A stretch of DNA of 44,631 nt from NCBI GenBank assembly GCA_019348555.1, contig JAHWJH010000003.1, positions 1 to 44,631 of the forward strand, given 5' to 3'. The position numbers and the translations under genes are program-made. How positions within the stretch are numbered: position 1 is the first letter of the stretch; every line of letters begins with the position of its first letter. A model generated the notes under the pieces. It saw nothing but the letters and a program-made list of their open reading frames with translations, did no database searches and was not told the origin of the DNA. Shown in pieces: positions 39,460 through 44,631 of this stretch. This DNA comes from Actinomycetota bacterium (lineage in GTDB: Bacteria > Actinomycetota > Acidimicrobiia > Acidimicrobiales > CADCSY01).

Positions 39460-40707
39460 CTAGGCAGCGGAGTCGACGTGCACCACGCGGGCCCACGTCG
39501 GCGTGGCCCACACCTGGCCCCCACCGGTGGCGCCGGGGGCACCCACGAGGCCGACGACCACCTCCATGCCCTTGGGCGGCTCGGCCGGCCACGGGGTCAT
39601 GCCGTCGGTCAGCACCACCAGGACCGAAGGCCGGGGGCGCAGCCGGGTGGCGGTCTCGATGCCGACGGCCATGTCGGTGCCGCCCCCGCCCACCAGCTCG
39701 ACGAGCGAGGCGCTGGTCACCCGGCGGGTCGTGTGCACGGCGGCGTCGACGGCGAGCACCCGCAGGCTCGAGCGGCCGACGCCGACGCCACGCAGCAGTC
39801 CCTCCACCTCGGCCAGCACCCGGGCCAGGTCGTCGGCGGTCATGCTGCCCGAGGTGTCGCACAGCACGGCGACCTCGGGCACCGGGCGCTCGAGCGCCGG
39901 GAGCACCACGTCGGGGCTCGAGCCGGCGCGCCGCGACGGCCGGCGGTAGCTGTAGTCGGCCCGGCCGGCCACCGTCGTGATGCCCTTGCGGATCTCGGCG
40001 GCCAGCACCCGGCGCCAGTCGACCCGGGGATCGAGGCGCTCCTCGGCCCACCGCTGCCACCCTGTGGCCACCCGCCCGCGGCCCCCCTTGGCGTAGTCGA
40101 TCACCCGGCTGGCGGTCTGGCAGGCCAGCAGCTCCCGCTCGCCGGGGGGCAGGCCACCGCCGGCGTCGCCGGCCAGCTCCCAGGGACGGGGTTGGGCGTC
40201 GGCACCGCTACCGCAGTCGGGATAGTCGGGGTGGTCGGGCATGTGGAAGTTCCCGAGGCGGAGGTACTCCTCGGCCAGGTGGCCCCGCTCACAGCCCAGG
40301 ACGTCGGGCAGCACCACCTCGCCCGGTAGGCGCAGGTCGGCGTGGAGAAGGTCGTCGTTGATCTCGGCATCGGCGGCCAGCGCCCAGTCCCCGGCCCGGG
40401 CGTGGTCGACGCCCAGGCTGCGGGCCCGGCCGGCATGGTCTCGCAGCAGGTGGCCGGTGTGGTGGACCATCAGGCTGCCGAGCTCGGCCACCGTCCAGGT
40501 GTCGACGACGTCAGGGTCGACGTAGAGACGCCACGCCTCGTCGACCGACGCACCGCCCAGCCCGGGGACCGCCACCACCGTCGAGGCGAACAACGCCGAC
40601 GCCAGGTAGGGATGCCGAGCCGCCGCCCACAGGCGAGCCGAGGCCACCTTGTGGGCGTCGAGGGGCGTGGTGTCGGGCTCGCCGGGGCGCTGCGCAGGAA
40701 CGGTCAC
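39460..40707 (-). CDS. DUF2201-like protein: putative metallopeptidase N-terminal domain plus VWA domain
   Basis: PYLASAL, VD..WRLYVDP, HHTGHLLRDH, ADAEINDDL, DCGSG, VDWR, RPSRR; MIDAS elements DTSGS, GGGTD, VLTDG. GTGA overlap with the AAA gene. Confidence 0.85.
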   Translation of the reverse strand: MTVPAQRPGEPDTTPLDAHKVASARLWAAARHPYLASALFASTVVAVPGLGGASVDEAWRLYVDPDVVDTWTVAELGSLMVHHTGHLLRDHAGRARSLGVDHARAGDWALAADAEINDDLLHADLRLPGEVVLPDVLGCERGHLAEEYLRLGNFHMPDHPDYPDCGSGADAQPRPWELAGDAGGGLPPGERELLACQTASRVIDYAKGGRGRVATGWQRWAEERLDPRVDWRRVLAAEIRKGITTVAGRADYSYRRPSRRAGSSPDVVLPALERPVPEVAVLCDTSGSMTADDLARVLAEVEGLLRGVGVGRSSLRVLAVDAAVHTTRRVTSASLVELVGGGGTDMAVGIETATRLRPRPSVLVVLTDGMTPWPAEPPKGMEVVVGLVGAPGATGGGQVWATPTWARVVHVDSAA

Positions 40708-41792
40708 ATCAGTCCGGCGTCTTTGAGGAGGGGGGCGAAGAGCTTGACCTCGGCCGGGGCCACGGCGGCCGGCGGGCGGCACCGGGCCAGGGTGCGGGCG
40801 GCCACGGCGGCGACGTCAGGCGTGTGGGCGCCCACCTTGGCCACCACCTTCCAGCCTGCCTGCCATCGGTCGACCGTCGGTCGTGCGGCCACGGCGGCGG
40901 CGACGGCGGACAGGGCGGCATAGGCCCGGTCGCCGCGCTCGGGTACGACGAAGAGGTCGGGCTGGGCCAGGACCGTTTCGGGGTCGGGCAGGTCCATCTC
41001 CTCCTGCCAGAGGAGGAACTCGGTGCCCGGGCCCTGGCCGACCGCCCCGTTCACCAGGGCGGTCGTCACGGCCCGGCCGGCGCCGACGACCCTGGAGGCG
41101 CACGAGAGTCGGGCCGCCATCTCCCAGGTGCGCGGGCTGGGCCAGCCCCGCCCCGCACGGGCGGCGTCGGTCGGCAGGGCGCAGGTGAGCCCGGGGCGTA
41201 CCGACACGAACGCCGACACCATGGCCCGCTCCGCCGCCAGCGCGTCCTGCCAGCCCTCGGGAAGCACGGGGATCACCGGCGCCGGCCATCCACCGACGAT
41301 GCCCTGGGCGAAGACGGCGGCGTCGACCTCCCAGTCGAGGTGGCAGAACCGGTTGGCCAGCGGCGCCGACAGGTCCCAGCCGTCGGCCGCCTGTTCGGGA
41401 GGGTTGGCGGCGGCCACCACGACGACGTCGTCGGGCAGGTCGAGGTCGCCCACCACCCGCTCGAGGACCACGCGCAGCAGCGCCGCCTGCACGGCCGGCG
41501 GCGCGGTGGAGATCTCGTCGAGGAACAGCAGGCCTCGCCCGCTGTCGGCCAGTCGCTCCGCCCACCGCGGCGGCGCGAAGTGCACCACCCCACCGATGAC
41601 CACCGGTAGCCCCGAGAAGTCGGACGGCTCCCGGATGGCGGCGATCACCGTCTCGCACGGCCACCCGGCGGCGTCGGCCATGGCGCGGATGGCCGAGGTC
41701 TTCCCCGTGCCCGGCGCACCCCACAGCAGCACGGGGACACCGGCGGCCACGGCCACTCCGAGGGCCTGGACCGTCGTCTCCTGCCCGCTCAC
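40704..41792 (-). CDS. MoxR-like / dynein-related AAA+ ATPase
   Basis: Walker A GAPGTGKT, REPSDFSGLP, Walker B LLFLDE, AAANP, LANRF, SPRTW. TAGGGT 6 nt upstream of the GTG. Confidence 0.88.
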   Translation of the reverse strand: MSGQETTVQALGVAVAAGVPVLLWGAPGTGKTSAIRAMADAAGWPCETVIAAIREPSDFSGLPVVIGGVVHFAPPRWAERLADSGRGLLFLDEISTAPPAVQAALLRVVLERVVGDLDLPDDVVVVAAANPPEQAADGWDLSAPLANRFCHLDWEVDAAVFAQGIVGGWPAPVIPVLPEGWQDALAAERAMVSAFVSVRPGLTCALPTDAARAGRGWPSPRTWEMAARLSCASRVVGAGRAVTTALVNGAVGQGPGTEFLLWQEEMDLPDPETVLAQPDLFVVPERGDRAYAALSAVAAAVAARPTVDRWQAGWKVVAKVGAHTPDVAAVAARTLARCRPPAAVAPAEVKLFAPLLKDAGLM

Positions 41793-41874
41793 GTTTGCAC
41801 CCTAGGGGTTTCGACCTCGAGCCACGCCCAACAGCCGGGGTGGCGACCCTTGTAGTGAGTAGCCTCGTGCGCCC

Positions 41875-42627
41875 GTGGGGCGAACGGCGCGCTGCAAGAT
41901 GGTTCTGCTGTCGCTGCTGGTCACCGTCATCGCCGCCGGCTGCGAGGTCGACGCCCGTGTGGGGGTCGACGTGGCCGACGATGGCTCGGGTCGCGTCGAG
42001 GTGGCGGTGACGCTCGATCCCGACGCCGCAGGGCGGGTCAGCGATCTCTCCGGCCAGCTCCGGGTGGCCGACCTGACGGCCGCAGGATGGGCGGTGTCCG
42101 GTCCGAACACCCGGCCCGACGGCTCGGTGGTGGTCACGGCGACCAAGCCCTTCGCCGACGTCGCCGACGTGTCCGGCGTGCTCGACGAGATCAGCGGGAC
42201 CCAGGGGCCCTTCGGCGGCTTGGAAGTGCGCCGGGAGGGTTCGTTCTTCGCCACCACCTACCACCTGTCCGGCGTCGTCGACCTCACCGACGGCATCGAC
42301 GGGTTCAGCGACGACGGGCTGCGCCGGCGCCTCGAGGGAAGCGGCTTCGGGCTGGCCACCCCTGAGGTCGAGCGGCTCACCGGCGTCCCCCTGGGCGAGA
42401 GCTTCCACGTCGACGTGCGTACCCACCTCCCGGGCCGGCTGGTCGAGGGGCCCCGTGCGCCCGGCGACGGCGAGACGGCGGTGTGGTCGCCGGAGGTGGG
42501 TGAGACCACCGTGGTGGAGGCCCGCTCCCGGCGCTTGCACGTGGCCCGGCTCGCCTGGCTGGCGGGTGCGGTCGTCGCTGCCACGGCGCTGGCGGCGGTG
42601 CTCGGGGCCCGGCGCTGGCGGCGCTGA
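41875..42627 (+). CDS. Putative lipoprotein with C-terminal TM anchor (LppM/DUF3153-like)
   Basis: Basic N-region, hydrophobic core, lipobox AAGC, V..DGSG..., LPG, C-terminal TM helix followed by RRWRR. Confidence 0.65.
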   Translation: MGRTARCKMVLLSLLVTVIAAGCEVDARVGVDVADDGSGRVEVAVTLDPDAAGRVSDLSGQLRVADLTAAGWAVSGPNTRPDGSVVVTATKPFADVADVSGVLDEISGTQGPFGGLEVRREGSFFATTYHLSGVVDLTDGIDGFSDDGLRRRLEGSGFGLATPEVERLTGVPLGESFHVDVRTHLPGRLVEGPRAPGDGETAVWSPEVGETTVVEARSRRLHVARLAWLAGAVVAATALAAVLGARRWRR

Positions 42628-42650
42628 GCCGTGCCGCCGGGCACGGTGGC

Positions 42651-42672
42651 TGTCACACGGTCTGCGTACGGT
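42651..42672 (+). promoter_or_regulatory. RecA-NDp/PafBC-type DNA-damage promoter of radA
   Basis: TGTCAC (42651-42656), exactly 10 nt, TACGGT (42667-42672), then 7 nt to ATG 42680. Confidence 0.6.
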
Positions 42673-42679
42673 GAGCGTG

Positions 42680-44014
42680 ATGGGCACCGCCAAGGTCGAG
42701 CACCGCTGCACCGAGTGTGGGACGACCAGCCCCCGCTGGCTGGGCCGGTGCCCGTCGTGTGGCGCATGGAGCACCCTGGTCGAGGCTTGCGCCCCGTCCC
42801 GAGCGGCTTCGGGCACTGCGCTCCTCCCGACCTCCACGGTGGTGCCCATCAGCGCCATCGACCTCGAGGGATGGGGTGCCCGTTCCACGGGGATGGCGGA
42901 GCTCGACCGGGTGCTCGGTGGCGGGCTCGTCCCCGGCTCGGTCACCCTCGTGGGTGGCGAGCCGGGGATCGGCAAGTCGACGCTGCTCCTCCAGGTGTTG
43001 GCGGCGATGGCGGGTGCCGGCGCCCGGGCCCTGCTCGTCACCGCCGAGGAGTCGGCCTCCCAGGTGGGCCTGCGCGCTCGCCGCCTGCGCATCTCGGCCC
43101 CGTCCCTGCACCTGGTGGCCGACGCTTCCCTGCCCTCGGTGTTGGCCCATGTGAGCACGGGCCGTCCCGACGTGGTGGTGATCGACTCGATCCAGACCTT
43201 GTTCGACCCCGAGTTGGGGGCGCCGCCCGGATCGGTCACCCAGGTGCGGGAGTGCGCCCAGCGGTTGGTGGCGGCGGCCAAGGACCACGGCGTGAGCGTG
43301 GTGCTGGTGGGCCACGTCACCAAGGAGGGGTCCCTGGCCGGACCACGGGTGCTCGAGCACGTGGTCGACACCGTGCTGAGCTTCGAGGGCGACCGTCACC
43401 ACGCCCTGCGCCTGGTGCGAGCCGTCAAGCACCGGTTCGGCTCCACCGACGAGCTCGGGCTCTTCGAGATGACCGAGACCGGTCTGGTGGGCGTGCCCGA
43501 CCCCAGCGGTCTGTTCCTCGGCGACCGTCGGCCCGGCGTTCCCGGGTCGGTGGTGGCGCCGATCATGGAGGGTCACCGACCACTGCTGGTGGAGGTGCAG
43601 GCCCTGGTGTCACCCTCGACCCTCGCCCAGCCCCGTCGATCGGCACAGGGCCTCGACCACGGCCGGCTGGCCCTGGTGCTGGCGGTGCTGGGCGCCCGCC
43701 TCGGCCACCGGGGCTTCGCCGCCGCCGATGTCCACGCCTCGGCGGTGGGCGGGGTCCGGGTGGTGGAGCCCGGCGTCGACCTGGCCGTCGCCCTGGCGCT
43801 GGTGTCGTCGGTCACCGGTCACGCCCTGCCCGCCGATCTGGTGGCCTGCGGCGAGGTCGGGCTCGGGGGCGAGCTGCGCGTAGGGGTTCACGCCCAGCAG
43901 CGGCGCGCGGCGCGGCGGCGGGGCTGCATTCCGCGGCGGCGCGTCTCGGTGGTCACGCGCGACCAGCGGTCCCACGCGGCCATGAGCGCCTCGGGGCCGC
44001 GGGTGAGCTCGTAG
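42680..44014 (+). CDS. radA: DNA repair protein RadA/Sms; recognisable similarity stops near 43879
   Basis: C4 Zn finger CTECG...CPSCG, GEPGIGKST, IDSIQT, GHVTKEG, KHRFG, GEVGLGGELR, then unrelated sequence. Confidence 0.92.
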   Translation: MGTAKVEHRCTECGTTSPRWLGRCPSCGAWSTLVEACAPSRAASGTALLPTSTVVPISAIDLEGWGARSTGMAELDRVLGGGLVPGSVTLVGGEPGIGKSTLLLQVLAAMAGAGARALLVTAEESASQVGLRARRLRISAPSLHLVADASLPSVLAHVSTGRPDVVVIDSIQTLFDPELGAPPGSVTQVRECAQRLVAAAKDHGVSVVLVGHVTKEGSLAGPRVLEHVVDTVLSFEGDRHHALRLVRAVKHRFGSTDELGLFEMTETGLVGVPDPSGLFLGDRRPGVPGSVVAPIMEGHRPLLVEVQALVSPSTLAQPRRSAQGLDHGRLALVLAVLGARLGHRGFAAADVHASAVGGVRVVEPGVDLAVALALVSSVTGHALPADLVACGEVGLGGELRVGVHAQQRRAARRRGCIPRRRVSVVTRDQRSHAAMSASGPRVSS

Positions 44015-44361
44015 CGCGCACCGCGGGCGGCGCGCTCGGCGGCCAGCCCGGGCACCGGGTCCGCCAGGCGGCCCTGCACGCCGGCGCTTGCCGCCGCGGC
44101 CGCGTTGCCGTTGCCGCTCTTACCATTGCCGTTGCCGCTCTCGCTCGTGCGGGCGACGGTCGTCGTCTGCACGTCGGCGGTGAGCGTCGGCTGGATCCAC
44201 TCGCCGACCGGCGGGAGCTGCTCCTCCTCGGCCTCGCGCGACGGGTAGTTGATCTGCTCCAGCTTACCCACCCGCTCCTCGCCCGCGTCCGCCGCCTGGC
44301 GGAACTGCTCGATCAGCGGCGTCGCCACGCGCTTGAGCGTGCCGTCGGGCTGCCGCTCGAG
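43888..44361 (-). other. Headless 3' fragment of an unrelated CDS, possibly the C-terminus of a family-1-like glycoside hydrolase
   Basis: Open frame LERQPDGTLKRVATPLIEQFRQAA...SGNGNGKSGNGN... begins directly after a stop, with no start signal. The family resemblance is recalled, not tested. Confidence 0.3.
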
Positions 44362-44631
44362 CTAACCGAGCTTCGCAGCAATCCCGGTCAGCGTTTGCCG
44401 AAGCGCGGCGACCCGCTTCGCCGCGGCCGTGTCCGAGCTGGCCGGCGCCAGGCCCGCCGCGAGCGACTGGATGCGGGAGGCAAGCTGCGCGTCGCGCGTG
44501 CCCGACTCCAGCCGCGCTCGCGCCGGCTCGAGCGCCTGCCGAAGCTGCGCGATGGTGCCGGCCGCGAGCCCGGCGCTGCGCTGAAGCTGGTCGAGGTAGG
44601 CGAGCGCCACCACCGGATGATCCGGCCAGCG
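44362..44631 (-). CDS. 3' end of a CDS entering from the window edge; resembles the helical C-terminus of LVIVD-repeat proteins
   Basis: RWPDHPVVALAYLDQLQRS...LRQTLTGIAAKLG followed by a stop. Confidence 0.45.
   Translation of the reverse strand, partial: RWPDHPVVALAYLDQLQRSAGLAAGTIAQLRQALEPARARLESGTRDAQLASRIQSLAAGLAPASSDTAAAKRVAALRQTLTGIAAKLG

Noticed and set aside
44362-44364. In-frame TAG between two open frames, suggesting amber readthrough or recoding
   Set aside because: The upstream part ends at a natural-looking C-terminus, TAG is an ordinary stop elsewhere in the window, and the region already looks chimeric.

Overview
Very GC-rich actinobacterial chromosome segment; gene content and order suggest Acidimicrobiia (inference). 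It is mostly conserved core genome. In order: tRNA-Ser, pheA, larB-larC, a MauE/thioredoxin-like gene, AI-2E transporter, hemerythrin, Mo-cofactor oxidoreductase, DtxR-family regulator, topA, HugZ-like gene, MFS-tmk-holB, tRNA-Thr-sigR-rsrA, zinc metalloprotease-tilS-hpt-ftsH, folE-folP-X-folB-folK, panC-panD-nadB-nadC-coaX-lysS, polyprenyl synthase, clpC (frameshifted), a VOC gene, then an NHEJ region (LigD polymerase, Ku, LigD ligase) whose ligase overlaps the end of an AAA ATPase / VWA-metallopeptidase-like / unknown-protein unit, a lipoprotein and radA. The last ~750 bp look chimeric: radA is cut off and joined to two unrelated gene fragments. Best leads: (1) the encoded CCA of tRNA-Thr supplies the A of the sigR start codon; (2) a tyrosine-phosphatase-fold protein with Asp in place of the catalytic Cys sits between folP and folB, a candidate for the folate dephosphorylation step; (3) an AAA+VWA+putative Zn-binding triad is translationally coupled to the NHEJ ligase; (4) a PafBC/RecA-NDp-type promoter precedes radA; (5) a bulged-A hairpin forms the panC leader. 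No CRISPR array, integrase or transposase was seen. All family calls come from motif recognition by eye, not database searches.
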